This document shows, in pieces, positions 1 through 13,669 of a DNA stretch of 64,000 nucleotides (positions are counted from its first letter, which is position 1; every line of letters starts with the position of its first letter). The notes beneath the pieces were generated by a model, which ran no database searches, was not told where the DNA came from, and saw nothing but the letters and a program-made list of their open reading frames with translations. The stretch covers positions 124,001 through 188,000 of the forward strand of contig NMRA01000105.1 in the NCBI GenBank assembly GCA_002633005.1, given 5' to 3'. This DNA comes from Phoronis australis (taxonomy: Eukaryota; Animalia; Phoronida). The position numbers were made by a program, and so were the translations under genes.

Positions 1-330
1 GGGCATGAGCCTTAACTCTCATTCTCATCTGCTGCTTGTCTAAAGTGGAAAGTGGAGTATGGGACGAAGGCATTGTGAGATCATCACAGCTTCGACACTT
101 TCTTGAATTTATAGGTCGTAGGTTTTTCCCATATCTACAGCATTCTTTGCAATGGGAGTTTTCCTTCATAATCAGGGGTTCACACTGCTGGGACCTTACA
201 GAGCTTTGGTACTTTTCTCCCATTGGACCTTCTAAGTAAACTATCCACTATCGTATCTTGAGTAACCCTGGCACTGTTCATGAGGATTACCAGTGCATAT
301 AAGGGCATCCTGTTGATGGCATTGATTACA
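1..330 (-). mobile_element. Decayed DNA-transposon coding fragment resembling the N-terminal region of invertebrate P-element-like transposases
   Basis: Minus strand gives ICTGNPHEQ and, after disruption, an open frame SVRSQQCEPLIMKENSHCKECCRYGKNLR...PSSHTPLSTL running off the window edge. Family call is from motif recall only. The fragment ends at a TTAA (331-334). Confidence 0.35.
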
Positions 331-1429
331 TTAAGGCAAGGCTACTCCTCATTTTCAGCTAATCTGAATATCTTTGTGTCATTTATCATATCTTTGTCCA
401 CATAGGGACTAGAATGTTGAAATTTTACCAGTGGGTAGCTTAACGTCTACATTGGACAAAAACTAAAAAAATGTCAATTAATGATCAGTAATTACTTTGA
501 TTAGTAGGCTAATTAGAGGAGTGTTGTAAATAACAGGGGAACGAGGTACTGTGTAGCTTGGTGAAGTTCATATTGAATAATAAGGGAAAAAGAAAGGTAA
601 CACAGTGCACAGGTTTGTTCTGATATCAAAGCATTTGTATTCCATAGCAATAACTAAATATATCTAGATTTCATAACCATTTATTACCTCAGAAGTACAC
701 CACGGTAAGCCACAATATCATTCGTCATGAACTGAATTTTTCATGCCGATACCACACCACAAATCATTTTATAGACATTTATATGGCTGTTTTACATTCT
801 AAGAATAAAAAAATAACTGTATTTCACCAACAGGACTTAATATGATAGTGACTTACCAGCTAAATAATATGATAACTAATATTCAAAATGGCCACCACGG
901 AAGGACATGTTTTGCAAGCACAATATCAACAGATTGGGAAACACAATGGCAATGAAACCTTGCAAGTATTTCTGTATAACCCAGAACCTAAAAAAACGAA
1001 ATTTAGAGACAGATTTCTCTTTTATCTTTATGTGCAAGACACGGGACCTCATAAAAAGTGAGTCACATGGGATTCAATGTAAGATAGAACAGGTTGATAT
1101 TCAGAATTAAAAGAAATGATTGGTTTACAACATGCCTCTTAATGAAGTGAACATTTCCAGAAAATTTCATACAAATTGAAAAAACGGTTTTCAAAATATG
1201 ATGTTCTAAGTGGAGAACAATCCTTGGAAAACCTCGTACTGAGAAAATTGCATTTAAAGTTAATACTGTTCAATTTTTACAATAAAGCATACAGCCATCA
1301 AGCAAGTCACACTGATGTTAAAAACAACCTTAAAATACACTTTTACACAATGTTCAGTTTAAAAACCACCAGCTTGATAGTCATTTCCATTGTTTCGGCA
1401 TGCACGAGCACGGCATTCACGAATAACGT

Positions 1430-2450
1430 TATTGCACCCTGCAACGTAAGCATGATCAACTCGTTTTCTATCCAGTTTTGCAAACCCAATAGCCTGGTGA
1501 CATGCCAAGATTTTCAAACACACTAAGCCTGGCTAGTTCTCTTTCATTATAAGCAATAGCCGCATCGTAAACTGCTAACTCCATACGTGTGCGTCCAACA
1601 AACTGGGTTTTGGGACACCGTTCCCAGATCAAATTGTGAAACGATTCGTTTGTGTTCTGCGTCCTGCCGTGAACACATTTATTAATCAGCGACCTGTCAG
1701 ACAATGCCTCGAACACAGGCCGTATCATTTCACCAACATACTGTGGCAGTGCATTTGTGTTCCCGTCTCCCCTGCCACTATGCGTGGGACACCAATCACT
1801 GCAATCCGAATGATCTCTCTGCCTATTTTTGTAAGTGGTCCATATTGCTTTTTACATAGCATCAGCATCGCCACTATTTTGCCTAATAGCTGCTCCATAG
1901 TGTCCCTGGATGCGTTTGATAGCGTTCTCACGTCCCTCATGATTTTTCTTACAATCATGACCGACTTTCCAGTCCCTGAACTCTTGGTCAGTTTTCTTTC
2001 GTTTATTCACAGCACAGCTGTTGCAATAATTAGACAAGGCAGAGACATCAACTACTTTGCTTGATGTGTCGCAGCATGTGAGAGCTGTCACCACACTGTT
2101 TTTGCTCACAAAGCCCAAGCCGTTGCCGTGAACCATCTACCGACACAGTGACATCAACTATATCATTATCAAGGGAATTGGGAGCAAATGACTTGCGTGC
2201 CTCTTTGACAGCTTTCTCCATGGACAACGGTGACACAGCTTTCATGACCAAAAATGCAGAAATATTACCAGACTTGAAGATAACGTTGCTTCGATCTGCT
2301 TCTTTTTCATCCCGAGGTGCTCCATTCGACTTAGCTCGTTGAGCAATTGGTCTTTCACTTTTTCAGGTACCCTTCGTCCACTAGTATTTTGTACTGTCTG
2401 GCAGTCTCCACTTTCCAACTGTGGCCTTTGCAAACGAACTGCAGTACATT
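1430..2450 (-). mobile_element. Frameshifted DNA transposase remnant (Mutator-like/Kolobok-like family)
   Basis: Fragments in several frames: VTVSVDGSRQR, GFVSKNSVVT, KVVDVSALSNYC..C, HDCKKNHEG, KRIQGHYGAAIRQN, CVHGRTQNTNESFHNLIWERCPK. A possible terminus is TTAA|GG at 331-336. Confidence 0.8.
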
Positions 2451-3029
2451 TTGGTTAGGATGTAGGAAACTATAAGAGGCAGTGCACAACAAAACTCATG
2501 CCTCAAACATGAATGATGTAGACACATGTTCAGAATTCCTGAACCATTCCTTGTGTAACGTGTGGTGTCTTGATGAAGACGATGATGGTCGATTTAAAAC
2601 TTTATTAAGAAAACAATGTCTACTAAACAAAAGGCTGGCTCTACTTCTGAATCTCTACTTCCTGTCCTAACCGAAACACCATTACGAACATTACATCTCT
2701 CCCTACCTTTAATGAAAAGCTTAACGTAAGAAAAAGAAGAAAAACAAGCCCCACTAACAAAAACGCGCTAACCAACTGGTAAGCATAACACATCTAAAGT
2801 ACAAGAAAGAGTCCGATCTAGGTCATCACATAGTCTTTGAAACGGTTAGGCAGTCTACGATTAGCCCTGTGAGGGCATGAGTATGAGGAGTATGAGTTGA
2901 CACATGGATTTGGTTCTACAGATGGTGTCTTACTTGACACAGCATTCTGGGGGGTCGAAGAATCATATCGGAATTCCTCTTCTGAGCTGGGTCATCAATC
3001 GGTTCTGTTGGTGATCTTTTGAAGAAGGA

Positions 3030-3803
3030 ACTGTTTCGTGTTATCTTGTCTTTGCTACGACGTGCAGTTATCATTTAACCTTTCTTGGGAACCATAGTCA
3101 GTGGTCTGGGGTCGTAGGGCATGAGAGCATATGGTTTACTCTTCAGTAGAACACTGTCACCAACATCAATGTCTGAAGGCGTTACATAACTCTTGCGGTC
3201 TGCGTACTGCTTCATAGTTGCTTTAGCTTTTTCGTCATTTTCACGCAAGTTTATATTGATGGTTTCCATAGCAACGTGAGGAATGTTGGTGCTCACGACG
3301 TGATTGAAGATAACAGATGTCAGAGTGAACCCTGTTGAACTGTGAAGAGTATTACAATAGGCGGGTAACATAGCATCCATGGCTTGCTTCCAACTTTTTT
3401 GTTCTGCAACTGCTGCTTTAATAGCTTTCTTGAGGTATCTCATGAAATGTTCAGTCTCACCATTTGCATGGGTCTACAGAGGAGTGATTTTTCTGTGCTT
3501 GAACCCCGCATGAGTTGCATACTTCGCGAACTCTGAACTATTGAAGAGAGGGCCATTATCAGTCTTAACAATGTCTGGTATCCCGTACTCTGAGAATACT
3601 TGATCGAACTTCGGAATAACTGATTTGGCGGTTAACAAAGACAACAGTTCTACAACTACATAACGTGAAAACTCATCCTGAATCACGAGCATGTATTCGC
3701 CATTGGGCAAATGTCTTAAATCGGCACTTAATTCGGACCAACATTGTTGCAGTAACGGGCTCATCTGTAAAGGTTCACGTGATATCATTGTGAGGGATGC
3801 CAC
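3030..3803 (-). mobile_element. Ty3/Gypsy LTR retrotransposon integrase remnant (copy 1)
   Basis: REPLQMSPL, YMLVIQDEFSRY, GIPDIVKTDNGPLFNSSEF, HRKITPL, MKQYAD..., PYDPRP motifs with stops. Confidence 0.9.
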
Positions 3804-4587
3804 TTCGTCATTGTAACCTCACTAGGTTTGGAACGGCTCCCAAATCGCTTTAGTCAGTTCCCCAAGCCAAGTAAATGAAAAATTTTGTAAGCTAAAGTAA
3901 AAGCTAAAAAGTTGAGACTCTAACCAGATAGTAACAAGATCCGATAGGGTTAAAAAGTTGAGAGTCTCACCAGATCCAGTAGCATCCAAAGTTTGAGTGT
4001 GAGGGGCCCATTTTTATAAGGGAATTCACACCGCGAATGTACCAAACTGCGTTAAAATAGGGTCTCAAGTTAAATGTAAAAACCAATCAAAATACAACTA
4101 AAGATTTTGTCATCAGAATTACCAAATAAGGAAATTGACCAACATACACCCCTTTAAATAACCCAATCTAGCTTTTGGAATTATTAAACATAGCCTTAAC
4201 TGACGACTCAATTTTACGCACATCTCCACCAGTAGACGGCACTCCCGTTGCACTTGCATAGCCATTGTTTGTGGTGAGTAAACTGTAACCATAGACTATC
4301 TATAGAGTGTCTTTGCTGTAACTAGATCTGTTGTGTTCACTGTGGAGCTGGATAGAGGGTAGACATATTACTCTTGAGCGTGAACTGGTGTCACCTAAGG
4401 AAGACAGCTGAATATGTAATAGTTGACCAGACAAATAGCTGATCATGCCAAGACATGGGGGGTGTATGAGTGTATACAAATAATATGGAGGATGTTGACA
4501 GTGGGTAATTAGACGCAGAGAGAAAAGCCACATAACCAACTGGGATATGTGGGACAACAATAGTAAAAACGAGTTAGATATAATTTA

Positions 4588-4746
4588 CCGTAATCGTTCG
4601 GGTTAACGCCCTGGGCGGTTAAATTGGCGAATCCAAACAATCATGGGAGGGCGCTTAACCGAGCAGTGGGCGGTTAAATCGAAAATCAACTTAAAGTCGG
4701 GGATGGGCGGTTAACTGAGCATGGGCGTTAACCCGAACGATTACGG
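4588..4746. mobile_element. Tc1/mariner/pogo-type MITE, 159 bp
   Basis: Perfect 24-bp TIR CCGTAATCGTTCGGGTTAACGCCC with TA on both sides. Confidence 0.85.
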
Positions 4747-4822
4747 TATACTTTACAGTTTTCTAACACTAGAGGTCACTCTTAGAGGAAGCCTGTTATC
4801 ATGCAGCTTTATCGTTATGTTT

Positions 4823-5239
4823 CCGGTATTTTCCGTTGATAAGCCCATGCGATGAAGTGACCATGGGCGTTTATTCGGAAAATTATGCCCATGGGCATTT
4901 GTTTGGTGTTGCAACTTCTGGTGTAAAGTGTCCATTTAATGAGGCCTCTTAAAAACCAACTCAGCGTCAACTTGTAGCTTCAAATTTAGTTTTGTGAAGC
5001 GTTCATCATTTATAAATATGAATGAAGTGTTGGCCTACTATGAATTTATTCACTTAAATTTAAAAAGCACAATTTTATGCAAAAAAACGCTTATATTTGC
5101 ATATCAGCAGTCGAGGCTACAACTTTCCATTTACGCACCCCCTTTTCCGAAGAAATGCCCGGGTGTTTATTTGACGTTATGCCTGAAAATTTTCATTTTC
5201 CGCATACAAGGCCATGGGCTTATCTATGGAAAATCCCTG
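4823..5239. mobile_element. Non-autonomous TIR element (pogo/Tc1-like), copy A
   Basis: Imperfect TIRs ccggtattttccgttgataagcccatg / catgggcttatctatggaaaatccctg. Inverted homologous copy at 18630-19069. Confidence 0.75.
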
Positions 5240-5950
5240 TACCGTCGTGCGTCAACGTTTTGGCAAGGATTTTGGATTGTACGAGGCAGCGACAGCGTGT
5301 GAAGAGAAAGGACCGTGGTTTAATGAGATTTTCATTGTCGCAAATCGGGGTTAGTAAATTCAGTTTGCGAAGTTGACTTCTGTTGTGCAGGAAAGCAGCT
5401 ATGGTATTGTATTACTCAAATTTATACATGATAGGACGATGTCTTCGTGAATCACCCTTTTGGCTTAATTTAGGCCCAGGTGTGTGAGATCTACTGGTTT
5501 GCTGGGGTTATTATCAAGATCCAGTTTGCGTCCCAAATCAATCACAATTGTATCACTGAGCTTAAAAGTTTCTTTGACTCCATGTTGTTAAGTCGCAAGT
5601 ATTGCTCCAGATTGTCAAGATTTACTGATAATTTGTCGAACTGGTCATTCAGCAGCTGTATTCCTTTATTCCTTTGTTTTTCTGGTCAAGGATTGTCTTG
5701 TAGTAAACCTTTATGTGATCCAGGGCAGGCTGGAACAGTTGTTCACGAAGTGCTTTATAAACTTGAGGCAATGTGAGTGCTTTTTCCTGCTTAGCAATGC
5801 CATTATTGGGGACAAATAAAACAACACAAGTATAATATTATATTTTAAGTTGTATTGGGAATTTCAGGATCATAGCTCTACAAATAATTATTTCACAGAA
5901 GGTACCTGATGGGCACCTTAATTACAAGTGATAACACACCCGATTTGCAA

Positions 5951-6150
5951 TACCCAGTGTGTAATTGAGTGGCACATGTTAGTACAATACCAAGTGGATA
6001 CATAATACCAAATGGGTATTGGCCGATTGCCTACCAACTGGGTCGAACAAAATAGCAAATTCAATAATAAGTACCAAGTGGGTACAAACTGCCAAATGGG
6101 CAAATATCATATAAAGTACCAAGTGGGTACACCAAACAGCCAACTGGGCT
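5951..6150. repeat. Cluster of 8 near-palindromic TACCAANTGGGTA-like motifs
   Basis: Motif copies start at about 5951, 5988, 6006, 6032, 6072, 6090, 6117 and 6138. Confidence 0.75.
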
Positions 6151-6799
6151 ATAACAACCTGGCAAAGCAGGTTTTGGACAAGCTGAGTGAGCAGACCAGC
6201 CGGAGTGATAAAAAGAGATATTGCAAGGAAGGTGGTGTTGTGGCTCAGTGTGTGCCGAGAGCTGTGACCAGGGTGGAGAGAGGCAATCCATACTGTCAGA
6301 CGCTCGGGTGCAGCACTGGTCGGTAACCGATGAAATCGTTTCTTGCTTGACAGCAACCCGCTCCGTGCTTCAAGGAGGTCCAGCAGTGACTAATAACAAC
6401 AATAAACAGCAGCAGATTGGGTTCGACACGGGGTAGGGAGAGTGGGATGGGTATAAAACGGGTTTAGTAGAGAGTTGATTGAAGTCAGGGCAGGGAGGGT
6501 GGGATAGGTTGACTAATTGTGTGATTAGTAAAAGTTACGAGTGAATGTACTGTAGACTGAGGCTGGGACAACCGGAAGCTGGAGATTGAGAACAACCAGA
6601 GCTACCAATGGACTAGATAGGTACTAACTAGGAGTTGGATATGAAGGTTGAAGGGGTGTAGAATAATATTTGCCCAAATAACAGGATTTATGTCAGAGTG
6701 CCATAAATCTCATTATTTGAGTGTGGTTCATGCGGGCGGCCCCCATGACGAAAGTTGAGGGTTGTTCGAGTCGTTTTTTGCTTTGTCACTTAAGGAAGC

Positions 6800-7880
6800 G
6801 TTATCTTTGTTTGCATATACCTCTATATTGATCCATTACAACTCATTACTGGTGAGATATAAGAACATGGTGATTGCAGTGGCCCCATCGACGTAACGCT
6901 TCATCTTCTCCTTAGCAATTGCATCATTTTTCTCAGCCGCCTTCCGTGTGCTGTCGTCGTCACCACATAAACGATGTGTAACAATTTTTGTTTGGAGATC
7001 GTGTCCACACAATAACTTATGCGGCGCGTATTTTGTGGAGTAATGTGGGTCACTCTATACTGCCAAAGGAAAATGTACAATTCTTGTTTCCAATTCTTCT
7101 CTTCCATTACTGCATCAACGGTTTGTTAAATGCTTCCACTTGAGCATTTGCTCGAGGCCACAATGGCGTGATACGCCTGTGTTTAAAACCACAATACTTT
7201 GCAAAGTCGTAAAACGAATGAGATTGAAGCAGGCTCCCATTATCCGACTTTACGACTTTCACTCCAAATAACAAAAATAGTTTATCCATCACGGGAATCA
7301 GAGTATTCGCTGACGTCGACTAACCATCTCAACTACGGGATATCGGGAATATTCGTCTATAACAACGAATAAATAATCATTAGATGGTAACGGCCTACAA
7401 AAATCAACACTCAAATTTTCCCATGGCCCATCAGGCATAGGGCTCATTCATAATGGCTCCAATACAGGCTTTTCTCATTGACAACTTGACACGCATAACA
7501 ATTTCGTATCCTGATTTCTACCAAAACATTCATGGGAAACCAGCAGGAATCCCTTCATTCGCTGCACTCCCTGATGACCTTCATGAGCTATGTCAACAGC
7601 TCGGTTACGCAATGCTGCAGGCATAACAATTTGTTTGCCTCTCAGTAGTAAACAATCATCAACACGTGAGTTTCCTCACGCACATTGGAGAAATCTATGA
7701 ACTCGTTGAGGTTAACATCCTCATCGAAGGACAACAACTTGACTTCGAACCAACGGCTGTTTCTCACAAATTCCACGACTTTTCATCATTGTAGCATCGG
7801 CTCTTGTAGCACTTTTGATATCATCGAGTGATATCGCTTTAGGATGAGTTCTCAGAAACCATGAAGTTACATGCACTAAT
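6800..7880 (-). mobile_element. Ty3/Gypsy pol/integrase remnant (copy 2, a distinct element)
   Basis: AHEGHQG zinc-finger region, PWENLSVDFC, YLFVVIDEYSRYPVVE, VVKSDNG, HRRITPLWPRANAQVEAFNKPL; multiple frameshifts. Confidence 0.85.
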
Positions 7881-8975
7881 CATTCCAAGAATACGTCATC
7901 ATGTCGTATGGTCTAGCTGCACTCAGTCCCATATGAATCATACCAGGATACTACAGGTCCCATAGTTCTTTTTTTGATTGGAAGTTTAACTGGGGCATGT
8001 GCAATAATGTCCAAACCAGAAATTCCTGATGTCATGGCCTTGATTGTCTTAAAACTGTGGATTATTTGCCATAGACCGCTTGTTGCATGATTCAACAGTA
8101 TAAGGCATAGCCTCCTTTATGAGGAGTCTGAGGGTGCCATCATTCTTGTCTAAGATTTGAACACCAGAGTAATCTATAGTGTGACCAGAAGTGTGTTCAA
8201 TAGAGTGAGTGCCCGCAAGCGATTTGAGTGCCCTCGTCCTGAACAGCTGTGTTTACGTTAGCTCTTGCGAGCGCTCGCAAACAACCCCGAGAGCATGTTC
8301 GCTTAGATTTCCAAGATGGCGTCCTGCGAAGGCTTCACGTCTGCAACATATGAACCCATTATGGTTATGCAACACGAAAACTAACCTCAAAAGTTGACCG
8401 ACTCATCCGAAAGTGCGACTTAAATTGTGGGTCGCTGTAGCGAGGAACAGTTTCCTCAATGTAATTTTCGATTCTTGTCGTTCCAAAGCCTTCACGGTTG
8501 TTGTCATGGGCTGCCGATATTAATATTGGCAAAGATTAATCATATTTATTGCTCAGTACGCCATAGGAAGGACGGTTAGTGTTAAGCTCATCGGCTAAGA
8601 TGTTCAACACAATCTGCTTCAGAGTCGCAATACTGGATCTCACAGTGAGCGCTCACAGGTGTTCAGGAGCTGTTCCTTGTGTTCGCGAGTACACGCTAGC
8701 GGGTGAACACGCTTCAGTTGTTAAAGAATGATTAAGAACTGCAGTGTGCACAATAGAAGCATTGGTTCATTTGGGCTCCAACTATTTTGATTTCTGGTCT
8801 TTCCCCTCAGAATGCATTTTGACCTGTACCTTTTTCAGTCTGTTCTCCAGCTGTGTCACCTGATTGAATAACTGTGAACTTTTGTCTTGTGAATGGTTTA
8901 TATCTTTGTTTACTTACGCTCTAATTTTAAATTTCCTGCTCATGTTTTAGCCAAAAATAAATGTGTTGCCATTAA

Positions 8976-8984
8976 TTCCTTAAC
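8976..8984 (+). promoter_or_regulatory. U12-type (minor spliceosome) branch-point sequence TTCCTTAAC
   Basis: Exact consensus match followed by only 11 nt (tgtcttcccag) before the exon at 8996. Confidence 0.75.
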
Positions 8985-8995
8985 TGTCTTCCCAG

Positions 8996-9290
8996 ATATA
9001 TTTGTGTTCATTTTATTTTTACCTTAGCGGCAGAGTGTTCATCACTAACAGTCACCATGGTTTGTACTCTCAGGAAGTTGTTTAATATCTTATTCTCTGT
9101 GTATTACTTCAACAACTCCTTCACAGTGTATCACTGGTTTGGCACTTTCCTGGTTTTTACAGGCAGTCTTTTGTTTGTTGATGCTTTCCCAGAAATTGCA
9201 AGGGCCTTAGAAAAAGCTAAAATTAAGTATGTTCCCACCGAAAGAAAAGGTTCAGAAACACTGCCACCTTGTGAGCAATCCATAAAATAA
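8996..9290 (+). CDS. SLC35B4: Last coding exon of a UDP-xylose/UDP-GlcNAc nucleotide-sugar transporter (SLC35B4-like)
   Basis: cccag|A then YICVHFIFTLAAECSSLTVTMVCTLRKLFNILFSVYYFNNSFTVYHWFGTFLVFTGSLLF...SIK*, matching the SLC35B4 C-terminal pattern (ECxSLTVTxVxTLRK...YFxNxFTxxHWxGTxxVF). No upstream exons seen in the window. Confidence 0.88.
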
Positions 9291-9647
9291 AGCAGTGGTA
9301 ATGTACATTTCCTTGAAAAGAGCTTTAATGGTCCACTCACACCATCTTGGTGAAAATGTAGAATGCTCAAACTTACCAAGGTACAACCCCAGTTTTGTTC
9401 ATGACGAGGTCTTATTTTACCGATATAGGCATCCCAATATAGAGATCTTTTTTCATCAACCTAGAAATCCACTGTTAGCACATTTGCATGTGGAAATAAG
9501 TTTTTTGCCGGTGTCTCTCTGTGGGAATGTTGAAATAGTGTTACATGGAAAGTATTGTTTTAGGTTGATGGATTATATTGTAATGTGAATTATGGTTGAG
9601 ATTCTTCATTATCCGTTGAATTTGTGAAAGATTTAAATGTTGATTAC

Positions 9648-9810
9648 GAGGAAGCAGTGTGACAGGTGATCACTTTCTTTACTCGAGTTTGTGGGTTCGA
9701 GTCTCACTGGGTCACAATGCCAGGTGCTTTAGTTGGGTTTGTAGCTCCTCGACTATACATTGATAAAGCACAAAAATGGTTCCAGGTGATCAGTGCAATG
9801 GGCCACATGC
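9648..9810 (+). mobile_element. tRNA-derived SINE-like repeat, family A copy 1
   Basis: B-box gggttcgagtc and shared core aaaaatggttccaggtgatcagtgcaatggg, also present at 35733-35910. Confidence 0.7.
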
Positions 9811-12403
9811 ACGTTCTGAGCACGTCTGGTACAACATGTATCAGATCGCCTGGATTTATCTTTTTTATTGATGCCTGTACATACTGGATGGCCAAAAGAA
9901 AGTGCTTCGTGGTTGCGGCTATGTACTGGGGTTCCTTCTCATTTATTTGTGTTGAATGAGTCACAGAGAATTTTCGGCAATAGCCACAGAGGTCGCGGTG
10001 TTTAAAACTGGTTCTCAAAAATATGGGACCCCTGTAAATGGCTATTACCAAATGTTCCACCACAGTGTGGATTGAACTGAAGAATCTTAACCATAAGCAA
10101 GTGAAAATATTGCTGGCCATTAACAATTATAGTATTCTCAGTTTAGGATTCTACATGGCGGATTGGTGAAATTTTAAATTTATTATTCATGATGCATAAT
10201 GCCAAAATGGTGCTTTGTCGTATTTAGGCTCTGTACCGTACCCACTGACAGACAAAATTTTGATTGTTCAAAACAATTCTGGTCCCCTTTGAAAAATGAA
10301 CTACCGGTAAGTGTTCTTTTGGTAATTAGATTGGCTCGAAATAGGTTATATTTTACCATTTTGTGAATTTCATGTAAATACTGTATGCCAAATTAAGTAA
10401 TAAAGATGTGGGAGTGTTCCTCACAGCAGCAAGTCATGGTAAGAATGTTAGAGCTAAAGACATCTGCTGCCCCCTGGCATTAGCATTGGGAGATATTTAC
10501 TCCATGGGCAAGTACTTACTGTGCAGACATAGGGGCATATTTCCACTGTTTTGTACAAGAGAGACTGCTTGAAGCTGGCCGGTAACATCAGACACAACTC
10601 TTATGCTACCTCCTACAGTTGCTTCATGATAAAGTTTCACTGAATGTGTGAATTTGATCCATACAAAGCAGTATACAGTACACAAAGCTATGCCCCCGAG
10701 CACACACATGGCTTTCAGCAAAAATGCAAACAGTGCTTTCCCCTGGTTACAAACAAAAGTGCGTTGCTAGTTGTTTACGCTGGATGTTCTTTTGTGCATT
10801 TTGGAATTAACAGTTCCTTAACATTTTGTTAATATTTGTTCTATTTTTGTATTAATTTGTCCGCTAAGCGGTTTGATTTTCACGGTATTCATTTATTGGA
10901 GGAGTCAAGTAAAGCATTTCGGGCTCCACGTTGGAATAAGGAGTTAAGTTTATGTAGGCCCTTATCAACAAGTTTTTAATTAGCCAGTATATTGCCCAAT
11001 AGTTACGAAAAAATTCAAAAGTCAGAAGAATTTTGATTATTAAGTTATAATAAGGTTGAATGACCATTATTTTCAAGAAAAGAAAGGTGCTTTCACGGAA
11101 AATTAATGGTACCAATGAAATGACCAAATTTCATATGACATAAATGTTCGGGATGAAATCTCAAAGCTGCTGTTACTGTTTTCTAAATTATCAGAGTTCT
11201 TATGCTATTTTCAAATTTTTCCATAAAAACAATTCCACAGAGGGCTTTGGAAAACTGTCCACAGAGCAGTATCTGAAAGTTTCAAATGAATACGTTGAGC
11301 CATTTCTGACATACGGTGCTACGACGTTAGAGAAATTTGAACATTTTGCCAGGGTCCAACATAATCTTAATTTCTATGCACAGTCAAGCAGTTAGTTTTA
11401 AATATGGTGGCTGTTGGAAAATTTTTTGAATCAGTGGTCACCCACACAGCCTGTTTTAATTTGATTCTGGACATTGATTGAAAGTTGTTTTAACTGTTTG
11501 TTTGAATTTTAGACCATAAGGTACAACTGTATACAAAGTTTAGAAAGTAGACTGAGAAAAAATCCATACCGGTATCTATAGATATTCCTTGTAATAATAT
11601 TTAGTTACTGGTTGTAATGCAATTGTTTTTACATGTATAAAATTGAAAAAAAATACAATATTTACAATGTACACCAAGAAGCTTACTGCACTGATAGTCT
11701 GTTGTTAACTAAAGTGTCTGCTCATGCGGACACCCAGGGGGGCTCGAATGATTCCCCTCATTTGGCAAAGTGGGCAAAATGGTCCGCCTCAGGGAAACAA
11801 AACTACTGAAAAAGTAGAAAACGAGACAAAAGTCCACTAAAAAGGCAGGAACAACTAAAATTTGGCGAATGCACAATTCATAGCTCTGAACGTACCTTAT
11901 GAATTTTAGTAAAAGGTAATTAAACGTTCTCAAAAATACGAGGCGCCCATATTGTAAGCTGAGTATGCAAATGCTACTGCTGCAGTAAGCACAATTTGAA
12001 ACAATCGAATTTACATTTTCTGCTGACAATGACTGCGATCGTTATAGGGTCAGTACGCAATTCTGTAAAAAACGTCGAGCCAATAAATTGGAAGGACGGA
12101 TGGTCGAAGTCCCTTGTTGCTGAATTTTTTTGCTTAAAACGCAGACAAAAAAGGTCCTCTCTGCGATGACATGCTGTTCTCTTCAGAAGGTGCAACTCGA
12201 GTTTTATTTCAAAAATTTGTTGAGCTGGTCATGGCAGTTAATACTGTGCACATCGAGTGCACACATTGTATGTTTTTAGAATCCATTTTAAGAGAAGAGT
12301 GCTTAAAAATATTTATGACACAACCCTTGGTTAATGTCAGTTTCTGTGTATTCCTATTTATTGACCTTGAAAACTTTTAAGTGTGACTATTGTGTTTCAT
12401 GGA

Positions 12404-12409
12404 AATAAA
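12404..12409 (+). terminator. Candidate poly(A) signal for SLC35B4
   Basis: AATAAA followed by a U/GU-rich tract (gtgaagtgttttaatttttt...tgtggttt). Confidence 0.4.
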
Positions 12410-13669
12410 CTAGATACCACAAATTTTAAGTGAAGTGTTTTAATTTTTAATTATTGTGGTTACTTTTTTACTGTGGGGGTTGCATCTCAATAGGTTACTC
12501 AGCATTCACTCATGAGGTGGTGCTAATTTATGCACTTTTATGTACTGAATAGGTAGATGGCATAGAACTGCCATCCAGAATGTAGGCATTCCATGGGAGA
12601 CAGTCCCATTTAATAACTTAATGCATTCACTGGTAGAGGACTGCCTTTGAAAAAGCAAGATCACACAACACTTCACGAGATTCAACTTGCGTTACAAATG
12701 AAGCACTAAGATCACATTAGCTTTTCACAAAAGTGTCTGAAGTCTGTGGGGTGCAGCCCACTAGGTAGAGCTATTTTCGCACCATATTGTATATTTCAGG
12801 TTCCTCTTTTCTTTTTGTCTTCAGTTTCACTTCGCTAGTTAGAAGACAAAAATAGAATTCTGATTTCTTCTCATAAAATCGGTCTCGCAACATTTCGCAT
12901 TGTGATAGGCTTTCCTTTCCATTACCAACCCACATGCAGGTCTCATTTTTGGATTTGCAATTTCAGGGTTGGCTAAGTTTACTCCAAAGCATTTTCTCAG
13001 ATCATCAATGTCCATGTTCTTAAGGCCAACCACAATTTTCAAAGCAAAGGTAGTTCTTAGAACAGCATGCCTACATTGGTCTTACCTGCAAGGAACCGGG
13101 TCACTGAACCAGGTCACTGAACCCCTCTAAAGAATTGTTCACTCATTTAGCACAATATGACCGACAAATGAAATTCTATTTTGTAAAATTTCTGCACAGA
13201 AATAAAGACTTGAGAAAATTGTAGTCTCTTGCTAGCACGACTTGTACTGTGTAGTGTCACAGAACTACTTTTGGTAAATTTTCCATTAATTGTAGTTACG
13301 TATTTTAAAAAATGGGACAATGATATTTTTGTCAACTATTTGCACAAAATAGGCAGACAATTAACACGATTTATTCTGATTTTCAGCCAGAGCCAGTTGA
13401 GAACATTAGCAAAACAGGCAAAAGGCACCACTGGCTTGCGTACAAAGAGTTTCACGTAGTATTCCCAGTTAACAAGACAAACAGTAATGACCCATTGATA
13501 AATAATCTAGACATACTCACTTTCGTCCCCTAATTTTTGAAGTAAAAATTTCTGATCAAATCAATAGGACACTATAAATATTTGATTGTGTCGATAACTT
13601 GTTCACATTGTGTAGCCCTATACACATAGGGATTCACTGCGCAGAGAACATTACAACAAGTATGAATTT

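Noticed and set aside
3812-4252. Possible solo LTR (TGTAAC...GTTGCA) interrupting the Gypsy integrase
   Set aside because: No matching target-site duplication, no second copy in the window and no convincing PBS.
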